Shown here piece by piece: positions 1-9,452 of a DNA stretch of 64,000 bases. The notes beneath the pieces are model-generated. The model had not been told where the DNA came from. It did no database searches and worked only from the letters and a program-made list of their open reading frames with translations. The stretch lies in the IMG/VR virus record IMGVR_UViG_3300006217_000018, positions 25,725-89,724 of that record. One strand, 5' to 3'. A program made the position numbers and the translations under genes. How positions within the stretch are numbered: the first letter of the stretch is position 1; each line of letters opens with the position of its first letter. The DNA comes from a virus (taxonomy: Duplodnaviria > Heunggongvirae > Uroviricota > Caudoviricetes).

Positions 1-260
1 TAGCATACAATAATAATATAATTCGAAAAGTATTCAAACGGCATACATAATGCGTAAAATACTTATGTTGAGCAATAATATGTTTGAATATAATTTGAAA
101 AAAGAATGACAACCCTATCCCGACCAAAGTTTAGAAGTTGTCATTCATTACATGATTTGAACATAGTCCAAAGTCAATTATATTCTATCGTACTTTCTGG
201 ACTATTTCAAGTCAAATTTTCAAAAAAATGTACATTGACAATTAAATAGTTAGTATCGCA

Positions 261-268
261 TGTATAAT
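261..268 (+). promoter_or_regulatory. extended -10 promoter element TGTATAAT upstream of antirepressor gene
   Basis: TGnTATAAT match at 261-268, about 85 nt upstream of the ATG at 352; the -35 candidate TTGACA at 236-241 is mis-spaced. Confidence 0.35.
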
Positions 269-351
269 TTTGGAAATAATGCTGAAAATTTTGAGAAGTG
301 GTTATTGGAACTATTGATCAGAATTTATTCACAGAAAGGAAATGATAGAAT

Positions 352-1116
352 ATGGAAGAAAAAATTTTAACAGTAATTCAAGAAACTGAAATTCTTGGGA
401 AAAGTATTCAAATGTACAATAGTATTGAAAATCCGTTATTTTTAGCTAAGGATGTTGCAGAATGGATTGATTATTCTATTTCAAACGTAAGTAAGATGCT
501 AAAAACTGTAGACGATGATGAAAAAACCACTCGTAAATTTTGTACGAGCGGTTCAAATTACCAAACAGAAGCATGGTTTCTGACAGAAGATGGATTGTAT
601 GAATGCTGTATGCAATCTAAAAAACCTATCGCAAAGCAGATGAAAAAAGAAATCAAACAATATCTTAAGTCAATCCGCCTAACAGGTGCAGCAATTACAG
701 AAGGACGTGAGGAAGAAATGGTGAGTAAATATTTCCCATCATTTTCAAAGGAAGTTCAGACAGAAATGGTCAATGATCTAATTAGGCAAAATAGGGAATT
801 GAAGCAGTTTTATGATGATTTAATGAATACTGAAGGCCTTATGAGTATCAACACAATGGCAAAAGAGCTTAGAATTGGAGAATATAAATTATTTGCTTTT
901 CTTAGGAATAAGAAAGTATTCTTTTATGACAAAGATATGGTGAATATACCTTATGAGAGATTTAGGAAAGAAGGTAAATTTGTAGTTAAGGAAACACCTT
1001 GCCATGATGGGAAAATCCGCAGCGTTACATATGGAACTAAAATTGGTCTTGATTATGTAAGAAAATTGCTTAGAAAAAGTGGATACTATGAAGACATTAT
1101 TCCAGTGGTAGATTGA
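352..1116 (+). CDS. phage antirepressor, BRO-N-like N-terminus plus KilA-C C-terminal domain
   Basis: N-terminal LFLAKDVAEWIDY is BRO-N-like; C-terminal TMAKELRIGEYKLFAFLRNKKVFF is KilAC-like; RBS AAAGGAAATGA upstream. Confidence 0.55.
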   Translation: MEEKILTVIQETEILGKSIQMYNSIENPLFLAKDVAEWIDYSISNVSKMLKTVDDDEKTTRKFCTSGSNYQTEAWFLTEDGLYECCMQSKKPIAKQMKKEIKQYLKSIRLTGAAITEGREEEMVSKYFPSFSKEVQTEMVNDLIRQNRELKQFYDDLMNTEGLMSINTMAKELRIGEYKLFAFLRNKKVFFYDKDMVNIPYERFRKEGKFVVKETPCHDGKIRSVTYGTKIGLDYVRKLLRKSGYYEDIIPVVD

Positions 1117-1195
1117 TTATGTAAAATGTGGATGGCCAGCATCAGCTTTATTTGCTGGCCAGATTAAATAAGATGTATATAAAAAGGAGACTAAA

Positions 1196-1546
1196 ATGGA
1201 ATATAACGTACATTCAGATTTTTCAGTAGAAAAACATAAAGAAACTTTCATAAATTATTTAGAAGTTATAATAGATGAAAATGGCAAAGTTATGTATGCA
1301 GTTCCATCGCATCAAGAAAAACTCATCACACTTGCATGTGATAAATTAGGTGTTACAAGAGAAGAGTTAAATGACATGTGCCCACGTGAATATATCTTTG
1401 CTTTCATGGAATGGCTTTGTTATATTAGTGGAGCATGTGCCGTTTGGAACAATTTTTTCATTGGAGATAATTTGAATAAGAGGCAAATAGATTCTTTAAG
1501 GATATTAAAAGAAGAAAAATTATATTCTGGTACAATTCCTATATAA
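1196..1546 (+). CDS. hypothetical protein
   Basis: ORF with RBS AAAAGGAGA 8 nt upstream; no recognisable motif. Confidence 0.4.
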   Translation: MEYNVHSDFSVEKHKETFINYLEVIIDENGKVMYAVPSHQEKLITLACDKLGVTREELNDMCPREYIFAFMEWLCYISGACAVWNNFFIGDNLNKRQIDSLRILKEEKLYSGTIPI

Positions 1547-1621
1547 TAGAAATAAATCAATCTATGTGTTGTAGAAATAAAATAAATTTGTTATAATTTA
1601 AAAAAGAAAGGATGTGATAAT

Positions 1622-2176
1622 ATGGGTTTAGCAGAATTTGAAAGAAAAAAAGATGAAAAAATTAATGGTGTCATTTATGATATGTCGCCTGCCCCAGATT
1701 TTAAACATGGAATCATCAATAGTAATATCCATAGGATTATAGCGACTGGGTTGAAAAATAGCCTATGTCTGGTGTTTATGGAAAATTTGGATTTTAAATT
1801 TAGGCCAGATGTAAATGATGATTATGTCTGCCCAGATATTATGGTGATTTGTGACCGTAAACATTTGAAGGGAGGAAGCTATAGCGGAATCCCTAAATTC
1901 ATTGTGGAAACTCTAAGCCCGTCCACTGCAAAGAAAGACAAGACAGAAAAGAAAGAATTTTATGAGAATGCTGGGGTGGAGGAATATTGGATTGTCTCTC
2001 CTCAAGGATCGGTAGAGGTTTACTATTTGGTGGATGGGAAATATGTATTAGAGCATAGTTATATGCTCCAGGATGACAAAGAAGATGATGAGTACAATGC
2101 GGATGAAATAATCTGCTTAAAATCATTTTCGCATATTAAAATGACTTTAGGAGAGATATTTGAAGGAATTAAATAG
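1622..2176 (+). CDS. Uma2-family (DUF820) restriction-endonuclease-like protein
   Basis: PKFIVETLSPSTAKKDK...GVEEYWIVSPQ matches the Uma2 PD-(D/E)xK signature (xVEILSPST...Y...GV.EYWIVDP). Confidence 0.7.
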   Translation: MGLAEFERKKDEKINGVIYDMSPAPDFKHGIINSNIHRIIATGLKNSLCLVFMENLDFKFRPDVNDDYVCPDIMVICDRKHLKGGSYSGIPKFIVETLSPSTAKKDKTEKKEFYENAGVEEYWIVSPQGSVEVYYLVDGKYVLEHSYMLQDDKEDDEYNADEIICLKSFSHIKMTLGEIFEGIK

Positions 2177-2199
2177 AGGTTGGATATGTAAGGCGATAC

Positions 2200-2412
2200 T
2201 TATTTTACAGTATCGCCATTTTCACGCTCTAAAATATCTGATACTTCACAATTTAGAGCATCGCATATTTTGTCAAGCACGTAAAATCGGATCCCGCTTG
2301 TTTTCTGGTTGCAAAGTTTAGATATAGTGGCAGTGGTAATTCCAGTTTGCTTGCTTAACCAGTAAATAGATACATTATTTTTTTTTATGACTTCACGTAA
2401 TTTTACAATCAT
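2200..2412 (-). CDS. XRE/Cro-type HTH transcriptional regulator
   Basis: 70 aa; LSKQTGITTATISKLCNQKT helix-turn-helix; divergent from the downstream + strand gene. Confidence 0.75.
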   Translation of the reverse strand: MIVKLREVIKKNNVSIYWLSKQTGITTATISKLCNQKTSGIRFYVLDKICDALNCEVSDILERENGDTVK

Positions 2413-2466
2413 ATCCTCATCCTTTCATGGTTTATAGATATATATTACCAGAAATATGTATTCTTT

Positions 2467-2537
2467 GCAATAATATTGTTAACAATACGTATTTCATGAG
2501 ATAATATTGTTGACAATACGTATTGTATATGATATGA
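2467..2537. promoter_or_regulatory. tandem palindromic operator sites overlapping a sigma70-like promoter (TTGACA-17-TATGAT)
   Basis: direct repeat ATAATATTGTT(A/G)ACAATACGTATT at about 2468-2493 and 2499-2524, each with internal palindrome ATTGTTAACAAT; -35 TTGACA 2509-2514, 17-nt spacer, -10 TATGAT 2532-2537. Confidence 0.55.
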
Positions 2538-2576
2538 TGTAAAAAGTAAGATACATAAGGAAGGAGGTATCACAAA

Positions 2577-2984
2577 ATGATGAACAGTTTTAACAAGTAT
2601 GATGTGGTGTACGGAATATTTCCAGATAGTGATGGCTCCTCCAAACAATCTGGATACCGACCAGGAATTATCATACAGAATAACATAGGGAATAAGTATT
2701 CTCCAACATTGTTAGCGATCCCACTAACGTCAAGAATAAAAAAGATAAACCAGCCGACACATATGCTGGTGAAAAGTGATCGGAAAAATGGACTTAGAAC
2801 AGACTCAATGTTATTAGCTGAACAGATTACAGCAATAGATAAAGAAAATGTGAAAAAAATTGGGCATATCTCCGATCGGAATGTACAAAGGAATATTTTT
2901 AAATGCTTTATACACAGCGCAGCTTATGGAAATGATGATGATGACTTAAAAGAATTAATGTTAGGAGAGTATAGTTATGGCTAA
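2577..2984 (+). CDS. MazF/PemK-family type II toxin (endoribonuclease)
   Basis: YDVVYGIFPDSDGSSKQSGYRPGIIIQN...LAIPLTS...MLL...ITAIDKENV fits the PemK/MazF fold signature; strong RBS GGAAGGAGGT. Confidence 0.7.
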   Translation: MMNSFNKYDVVYGIFPDSDGSSKQSGYRPGIIIQNNIGNKYSPTLLAIPLTSRIKKINQPTHMLVKSDRKNGLRTDSMLLAEQITAIDKENVKKIGHISDRNVQRNIFKCFIHSAAYGNDDDDLKELMLGEYSYG

Positions 2985-3303
2985 ATTGATGAGAGTAAGT
3001 AAGAAGACGGCTATACAAATTATGGAAGAGAACTTAAAGGTTTTAAAACAGAGTAGCGATTCGGATACGTTTCTTTTAATATCATATGATTTGGAAAACG
3101 AATCGTTTCTGGGGAGAAGGAGAATGGATTATGCTGGGGGAATGAATCTAGTAGACAGAACAAAGACGTTTGTGCTAAATAAGGATATTGACGAAGATCC
3201 GATATCAACATTGTCGATGTATACTCATACCCAAAAAGATATTTTTAATATAATAAAGAAGGGAGAAAAACATGACATGATAATTGTTCCTCAATTAGAA
3301 TAA
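2977..3303 (+). CDS. hypothetical protein (possible cognate antitoxin downstream of MazF)
   Basis: ORF overlapping the MazF stop by 8 nt; no motif. Confidence 0.3.
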   Translation: MAKLMRVSKKTAIQIMEENLKVLKQSSDSDTFLLISYDLENESFLGRRRMDYAGGMNLVDRTKTFVLNKDIDEDPISTLSMYTHTQKDIFNIIKKGEKHDMIIVPQLE

Positions 3304-3346
3304 AATATTATGGGATAAATTGTCGAATATTTGTTCGGTAAAATGC

Positions 3347-3375
3347 TTGACAAATACAAACAGTTGTTCTATAAT
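3347..3375 (+). promoter_or_regulatory. near-consensus sigma70 promoter TTGACA-17-TATAAT
   Basis: TTGACA at 3347-3352, exact 17-nt spacer, TATAAT at 3370-3375; no ORF follows for about 500 nt. Confidence 0.55.
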
Positions 3376-3382
3376 GTGTTTT

Positions 3383-3503
3383 GTTGATAGGAAATGAAAA
3401 TAAAAAGACCTATCCAAATCATACAAACAGTGTTGGCGCACCTTTGATTGGACAGGCCTTAAACGAATTTTGAGCAGAATTGCTCACGCTTGTATTGTAC
3501 TTG
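3383..3503 (+). ncRNA. candidate small RNA transcribed from the consensus promoter
   Basis: non-coding stretch after a consensus promoter; hairpin GAGCAGAATTGCTC (about 3463-3476) and T-run 3494-3501. Confidence 0.25.
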
Positions 3504-3577
3504 TTTTTTTCTAAACAGTCAAGTGTTTTTGGCAATTCTATAAAATTTTCCTACACGAGAAAAACTTAATAATGCGT

Positions 3578-3650
3578 AGGCTCCTAGTTCAACGGTCAGA
3601 CCAATCGCCTCATAAACGATAAGTTTTGGTTCGAATCCCAAAGGAACCTA
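3578..3650 (+). tRNA. tRNA-like gene, anticodon CAU (Met/fMet/Ile2-like), slightly degenerate
   Basis: hand-folded cloverleaf: acceptor AGGCTCC/GGAACCT with one C-A mismatch, U8, D-stem GTTC/GACC (one U-C mismatch), G18G19, anticodon loop CTCATAA, TTCGAAT T-loop (8-nt loop or a stem mismatch). Confidence 0.45.
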
Positions 3651-3904
3651 CGTAATTAAATCAGTGTTTCATTAGATGAAGCATTGGTTTAATTGCCATA
3701 AAAATAAGGGGAAAAGTGTATGCATATATAGGCTTATATGTCATATATGCAATTTTTGTACTCATTTTTACATTTTTTGTACATATCACCGTTTTTTAAA
3801 AAAATGTGTTTTGTGTTTTTGCGAAGTAATTCTCAAATAATCTTGAAGACTATATAATGACCACCATGAATTGGTGAAATATATTATGAAAGGAGTTTTA
3901 AATT

Positions 3905-4597
3905 ATGTTTATTCTTACAGACGGAAAGAATTATATTATGGAGAATCCGGTTTCGAATGGTGTGTATATCAGCACTTCTTCACCTGCGATGGCGAAAAAA
4001 TTTACCTTCAAACAAGCAAGGAATTTGTTGAAGAATAAAAGTAAAAGAATGTCGTGGATCAAAAGTTATTATATGGTTGACCAAGACACTGGGAAAGTGG
4101 CAGAAATGTCACAAAATTACAAAGGTAATAAAGGAATTTATACTGGTGCAAATGACGTTGAATTTGATAAGTCTATTATTGGAGAGATTTATGGTGAGGC
4201 GGAAAAGATTACCAATCTTGCTGGATGGGATATGAATCAGTTGAAAATATATAAAGAAAAACTAAATATAGGGTTGTCGAAGTGTGATTCGGCAGAGTCT
4301 GATGTGAAACATGCCATACAGGAATATAGGAAGAAGAATGATGGGAAGAAGCCTCCTGCACACAAAGCGGCAAAAATAGGGTATATGCTTTTGGGTGTAA
4401 GGGAAAGTCATGAGAATATAAAGCAATGTCTAAAATACATCCAGGTTTTGGAGGATGCGATAAATAACAGCTTTACAATTGAAAAGACGAAGGCTGAACT
4501 TGAGAAGGCAAAATATGCAGAATATCAAGGAAGGACGGAGTATTATCAGTTAGCATTAGAAATATTGGGTTCGGGGGTGAAAAAAGATGTGGTGTAG
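3905..4597 (+). CDS. hypothetical protein
   Basis: 230-aa ORF with RBS AAAGGAG; no motif recognised. Confidence 0.4.
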   Translation: MFILTDGKNYIMENPVSNGVYISTSSPAMAKKFTFKQARNLLKNKSKRMSWIKSYYMVDQDTGKVAEMSQNYKGNKGIYTGANDVEFDKSIIGEIYGEAEKITNLAGWDMNQLKIYKEKLNIGLSKCDSAESDVKHAIQEYRKKNDGKKPPAHKAAKIGYMLLGVRESHENIKQCLKYIQVLEDAINNSFTIEKTKAELEKAKYAEYQGRTEYYQLALEILGSGVKKDVV

Positions 4598-4820
4598 AAG
4601 ATGTAATGTGATAATGGGAATAACTGGGACAACCTATGAGAAAAAGAAAAAAGACAATAGCGGAAATAGCGGAGAAAGTAAGGATATTATACATAAAAGA
4701 TACTGTAAATGCCCTATTTGCCATAACAAAGTTTATAATAATTCTGAAAATTTTCAGGAACTTTTGAAAGAAGAATTGCGAAAGAAGAAAAGTGGAGATA
4801 GTGGAAAGAGAAGAAAGTAA
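4587..4820 (+). CDS. small Cys-containing (zinc-ribbon-like) basic protein
   Basis: CRRC...CKCPICHNK cysteine pairs; Lys-rich tail. Confidence 0.35.
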   Translation: MWCRRCNVIMGITGTTYEKKKKDNSGNSGESKDIIHKRYCKCPICHNKVYNNSENFQELLKEELRKKKSGDSGKRRK

Positions 4821-4835
4821 ATAAGAACAGATTGG

Positions 4836-5510
4836 ATGTGTATTAAAATGGGACATGCATGGAATCCATATTATAATGAAAAAATGGAATATTATTATTC
4901 TGAAAATGCGAAAGAATTACATAATCTTGTCCATCGGATATTGCATAAAAAAATAGGGGGAGTTGTAGATAAAGATTTGGATCACTTTTATTCAATTGCT
5001 AATGATGTGTTTTCTGAAATTGTCTTAAAGGACAGTTACGATCCATCAAAAGGGGATTTCGGAGGTTTTTTGTATAAATCCATTAAGAATAGGATTATAT
5101 CTGATTTTTATAAAACACAGAATGCTGACAAAAGAAAGATGAAAATAGAAGATAGAGATGAGAATGGGAATATAATATTTGAAAATAATGGGAAACCCAA
5201 ACGTGTCCCAATACAAGACATTCGGTTAGATGCGCCAGTTAAAAATGGTGAAGGGATTACATATGGCGAAATAATCCGAGATAAGTTTGATTTAGAAGAA
5301 GAAATATTAAAAAATTTAAAAGAGGAATATAGCGACAAAATGAAGCTGTATTTAGACGGGCTTTCAGATTGCCAAAAAAAAGTTTTATTTCTTATATCAG
5401 ATGGTTATTATCCTCACGAGATAGTAGAAATGTTGGGTATTAGCAAAAAGCAATATTCTAATTGTTATTTGGCGATACATTCATATAGGAATATTTCAAA
5501 ATTAATATAA
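4836..5510 (+). CDS. sigma-70-family (ECF-like) RNA polymerase sigma factor
   Basis: region-2-like DKDLDHFYSIANDVFSEIV...FGGFLYKSIKNRIISDFYK and C-terminal region-4 HTH LSDCQKKVLFLISDGYYPHEIVEMLGISKKQYSN. Confidence 0.6.
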   Translation: MCIKMGHAWNPYYNEKMEYYYSENAKELHNLVHRILHKKIGGVVDKDLDHFYSIANDVFSEIVLKDSYDPSKGDFGGFLYKSIKNRIISDFYKTQNADKRKMKIEDRDENGNIIFENNGKPKRVPIQDIRLDAPVKNGEGITYGEIIRDKFDLEEEILKNLKEEYSDKMKLYLDGLSDCQKKVLFLISDGYYPHEIVEMLGISKKQYSNCYLAIHSYRNISKLI

Positions 5511-5526
5511 TTGGGAGGAATTATCA

Positions 5527-6927
5527 ATGGCGAGACCAAGAAAACAGACTTATACATTAGATATGTATTTGGCAAAGACAAAAGATGGGGATATATGTAA
5601 TGATGCAGACACACAGAGGGATTTTGCGTGGAAGAATGAGCAGATCAATGAATTAATTTATACGGTTTTGACAGATGATTATATCCCGCCAATTATACTT
5701 GGAGAAGAAAATGATTCACAATTACATATTGTAGATGGCGGATGTAGGACAAAGGCATTAGATAAATTTAGATATGGAAACCATAAAATCACATCTACGA
5801 TAGATGATTCTAAGATAGTTTATAAGAAGAAAATAATAAGTGAAGACGGAAAAATCCATTGGGAGGATGGGACGTTTGATATAAAAAATAAAACATATGA
5901 TAAACTTCCAGATGAGTTAAAGAAAAAATTCGATGAATACCAAATAGAGACTGTCATTCATGAAAACTGCGACAGGAAAAGGTTGTCTAAATATGTAAAA
6001 ATATATAACAACCATATTTCAATGAATAGTAATCAGAAAGCATTTACATATTTATATAATTTTGCACCAAATGTTCGTAGAATAACAAATAGTAAATTTT
6101 TTATAGAAAAAAGCGATTTTAAGGAAATAGAAAAAATAAAAGGCGTTATTGAAAGAACAATTGCTGAAACTATCATGTGTTCTGATTATTTAGATGATTG
6201 GAAGAAAAATGCAAAATTAGCATGTAAATATTTGAATAACTGTGCAAAAGATGAGGATTTTGAAAAAGTTGAAAACAACTTACATAGATTGGAAGAAATT
6301 ATTTCTGAAGAAACAAAAATTATTTTTAATAGTAAAGATTCTTTTATATTTTTAACACTGTTTGACAGATTCACTCGTTATGGAATAGAAGATATAAAGT
6401 TTGAGCAGTTCCTGTTAGAGTTTAAAAATAATTTAAGGAATTGTAGAAAGAATAAAAATAATCTTTTATTTGATGAAATAGATAAAGATAAATCAACAAA
6501 GGATAAGACGGTTATTATTGCTAAATTAGACATGTTGGAAGGAATGATGAGAGAATTTTTAGGGATTGACACAGAACCTTGTGACGAAAAAGATGGAAAG
6601 GATACTATTTCTATTAATGAATTTTTAATAGAAAATACAGGGATTGATAAGAAAACAATCAGAGATGATATTGATTATTACAACGATGTCTTAGATGAAC
6701 TTGAAGATAGGACAATAAAATGTGATTCAAAATTATTGCAAGATGAAAACCGTCCATCATTATTAGCAATGGTTGTATACTCGCATCAAGCAGATAAAAA
6801 TTTGGATACATGGATGGAACAATATGCGAAAAGTAATAATACATATTTTAAAGACCAGAAGAAGAATTATCTTCATATGAAAGAAGATTTTATTAAATAT
6901 TGTAAGATACAAGAAAATGCTGCTTAA
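5527..6927 (+). CDS. DUF262 (ParB/Srx-fold, GmrSD N-terminal-like) domain protein, putative nuclease/NTPase
   Basis: QRDFAWKNEQINELIYTVL...IVDGGCRTKAL resembles the DUF262 signature QR.FVW....LIDSIL...IDGQQRLTAL. Confidence 0.55.
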   Translation: MARPRKQTYTLDMYLAKTKDGDICNDADTQRDFAWKNEQINELIYTVLTDDYIPPIILGEENDSQLHIVDGGCRTKALDKFRYGNHKITSTIDDSKIVYKKKIISEDGKIHWEDGTFDIKNKTYDKLPDELKKKFDEYQIETVIHENCDRKRLSKYVKIYNNHISMNSNQKAFTYLYNFAPNVRRITNSKFFIEKSDFKEIEKIKGVIERTIAETIMCSDYLDDWKKNAKLACKYLNNCAKDEDFEKVENNLHRLEEIISEETKIIFNSKDSFIFLTLFDRFTRYGIEDIKFEQFLLEFKNNLRNCRKNKNNLLFDEIDKDKSTKDKTVIIAKLDMLEGMMREFLGIDTEPCDEKDGKDTISINEFLIENTGIDKKTIRDDIDYYNDVLDELEDRTIKCDSKLLQDENRPSLLAMVVYSHQADKNLDTWMEQYAKSNNTYFKDQKKNYLHMKEDFIKYCKIQENAA

Positions 6928-6944
6928 ACTTAAGGAGGATAAAA

Positions 6945-7370
6945 ATGGGAAAAATCGAAGAAGCAATTAGAGTGGCAAGAAAGTTTTATGAAGAAAAGAC
7001 TTTTTATCATGCGATGAGAGTTACTGCGCTTGTAACAGAAAACAATATGATTCCAGAATGCTGTATGGATACATGTGTTATATTGGCGATAATGCATGAC
7101 TTGTTAGAAGACACAGAGTTTGATTACGAAAAAGATACAGAAGACAACAGGTGGGACACACATTTATATCAAAGTTTAAAAATAGTCGCAAGGGATAAAG
7201 AAACCCAAACATATAAAGAGTATTTAGAAAATATAAAGGCTAATTATCTTACCTATCCAGAAGCATATTGGGTTAAGATGGCAGATATAAAAGATCATTT
7301 ATTACAGAGTGAAACATTAACAGATGAACTTAAAAAGAAGTATTTGGAAAATATCCCATATCTATTATAG
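6945..7370 (+). CDS. HD-domain phosphohydrolase (small, 141 aa)
   Basis: H...AIMHDLLEDT motif (His...His-Asp) of HD superfamily metal-dependent phosphohydrolases. Confidence 0.6.
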   Translation: MGKIEEAIRVARKFYEEKTFYHAMRVTALVTENNMIPECCMDTCVILAIMHDLLEDTEFDYEKDTEDNRWDTHLYQSLKIVARDKETQTYKEYLENIKANYLTYPEAYWVKMADIKDHLLQSETLTDELKKKYLENIPYLL

Positions 7371-7621
7371 AAAGACATAATATAGAAACTGTAAAAGACA
7401 GTAAGGATAGGTTAAATATGATGAAACAATATTCACAACACAAAAAGAATCAAAAGGAATTTCGAGAAGATTTTATAAGAGAAATTTGCTGGTTTGAAGA
7501 ATCTATAGGATTGAAGTGTATACAGTGTTCATCAATTACGGAAACAAATTTTTATGGAATAGTTATTGTAAATAGCATTTGAGTCAGTAGAAGGACAGGA
7601 GCGGAAAGATGGTGAATAAAA

Positions 7622-7810
7622 ATGAAGAAAGTAAGTGGATATGTAAGTGCAAGGCCATTAGGGTGTTATGATTTCGAATTTTTTGTTGATGACAATACAA
7701 CAGATGAAGAAATCCAAAAGGAAGTAGATGAAGTTATGCAACTTAGTCATCATTATGATGTGGAAGAAGGATATGAAGAATATACAGAAGTAAAATATAG
7801 AAAGAAGTAA
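7622..7810 (+). CDS. small acidic hypothetical protein
   Basis: 62-aa ORF with RBS. Confidence 0.3.
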   Translation: MKKVSGYVSARPLGCYDFEFFVDDNTTDEEIQKEVDEVMQLSHHYDVEEGYEEYTEVKYRKK

Positions 7811-8154
7811 TGATTGATATTTCTGGTAGCCGTCAATGCATCACTATCTCACCGGATAATGACGCAGGTGCTTACGAACAAATTCCCACCTATTAAAGCG
7901 GAAACGCCAGTAAGCACGCACATGCACCATAGGAATAGTGCATCCCATGTCTCATCACCTCCTTTATGGTTGTAATTTCACCGCTGTTAGAGGTGTGTAT
8001 CAAAAAAATTGAGCAAAGCATGTTTGGCGACTACCATTAATATATATTGTAACTCAATAGTTTTGAAAATGCAATAGAAAGTTTATTTTCATGTTTCCAG
8101 AAGGTATTAACACGAAAATGTGTTGATAAATAAATATAAAAAAGGAGAGATATT

Positions 8155-8733
8155 ATGAAAAATTTAAAAGTGACTTGGAAAGGTATCAGCCCGTTAATCA
8201 TGCATTCTTGCCAGTGTGTAAACCAGCTCCATCCTATTGCGAAGGAGTTAAAGAAATACACAAGCAAGAAAAAGAAGACAGATGAAGATCTTGTTAAGAT
8301 TTCAGATTTAGAATGGGAAGCAGGTGCATATTGGAAGGATGGGTTAGGCTTATATATTCCAGCCGAAAATGTAGAAGCTACAATCCGAAATGGAGCAAAA
8401 GCGAACAAAAAGGGGACAGACATTCAAAAATATGTAAACGTCACAAATTTGTACATTCCTTTCAATTATGGAGAAAATCTTACTAAAGAAGAACTTATTC
8501 AGAAGTATGAATACAGAGACACTAGGGTTATGACTGTGCAACGGTCAAGATTACTTAGGACAAGACCCAGATTTGACCAGTGGTGTATTGAGTTTAACCT
8601 TATCTATGATGAAGGAAAAATTGATCTCGATACTATTGTAAATGCAATGGAATATGCAGGTCAGTATGTTGGGCTTTGTGATTCCCGCCCGAAATATGGG
8701 AAGTTTGTTGCTATAATTGAAGAATTGGATTAG
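8155..8733 (+). CDS. hypothetical protein
   Basis: 192-aa ORF, RBS AAAAGGAGAGA. Confidence 0.4.
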   Translation: MKNLKVTWKGISPLIMHSCQCVNQLHPIAKELKKYTSKKKKTDEDLVKISDLEWEAGAYWKDGLGLYIPAENVEATIRNGAKANKKGTDIQKYVNVTNLYIPFNYGENLTKEELIQKYEYRDTRVMTVQRSRLLRTRPRFDQWCIEFNLIYDEGKIDLDTIVNAMEYAGQYVGLCDSRPKYGKFVAIIEELD

Positions 8734-8767
8734 AGTGATATTTTGAAGTAAAATTTGGAGTGATTTG

Positions 8768-8870
8768 GCTAGGCATTTTGAGTTGAGTTATGTTACGTTT
8801 AGTTGGGTTATGTTATGTTAAGTTCAGTTATGTTAAGTTAAGTTAGGCATTTTAGGCTAAGTAAAACAAA
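8768..8870. repeat. pentanucleotide (NNGTT)n array bounded by AGGCATTTTGAG and AGGCATTTTAGGCTAAGTAAAAC boxes
   Basis: gagtt gagtt atgtt acgtt tagtt gggtt atgtt atgtt aagtt cagtt atgtt aagtt aagtt is strict 5-nt periodicity with invariant GTT, 13 units. Confidence 0.8.
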
Positions 8871-8907
8871 AAAATAATTTTATATCTCAAAAAGGAGGAG
8901 AATAAAA

Positions 8908-9363
8908 ATGAATGAAATTATTGAAAACAGGAAGAAATCAGAGATTTTAGCAGAGGAGTTAAGTAAGTTAAATTATGGAGAATTTATCTCGCATAGAAGA
9001 ATTGCTTCTATAATTGATGAAGAATATCCATCAAATAGATACTCATCTGAAATTTCGAAAGCAAAGAAGATTCTTTTGAAAAAATATCGCAAAACGATGG
9101 AGAGTATTATCGGAGACGGTTATAGGTTGGTTAATCCTGATGAGTATGTGGATCATTCCTTAAAACATTATAAGCGTGGGTTCAAAGAAATGCAGAAAGG
9201 TTACGATGTTCTGGAACATGCTCCAAAAGAGCATATGTCTAAAGAAGGCCTGGATGCTTATAGGAGAGTCCATGACAGGACGACTATATTGGCTGCGAGC
9301 ATGAAGGGTGTAAGTGTAGAATTAAAAATTCTTGGACAGAAGAAACACCCGCTATCAATCTGA
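8908..9363 (+). CDS. hypothetical protein
   Basis: ORF with RBS AAAGGAGGAG. Confidence 0.4.
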   Translation: MNEIIENRKKSEILAEELSKLNYGEFISHRRIASIIDEEYPSNRYSSEISKAKKILLKKYRKTMESIIGDGYRLVNPDEYVDHSLKHYKRGFKEMQKGYDVLEHAPKEHMSKEGLDAYRRVHDRTTILAASMKGVSVELKILGQKKHPLSI

Positions 9364-9452
9364 AAATACATATTGAGCAGAAATTGGCAAGCATAAAATG
9401 CAAGAAAATAGGGCATTTTTGCATACATAAATCTCAATGAAAGGAGTTTATT

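Noticed and set aside
8037-8423. Minus-strand 128-aa ORF overlapping the start of gene 8155
   Set aside because: It has a hydrophobic low-complexity translation, overlaps a well-supported + strand gene with a strong RBS, and has no minus-strand RBS.
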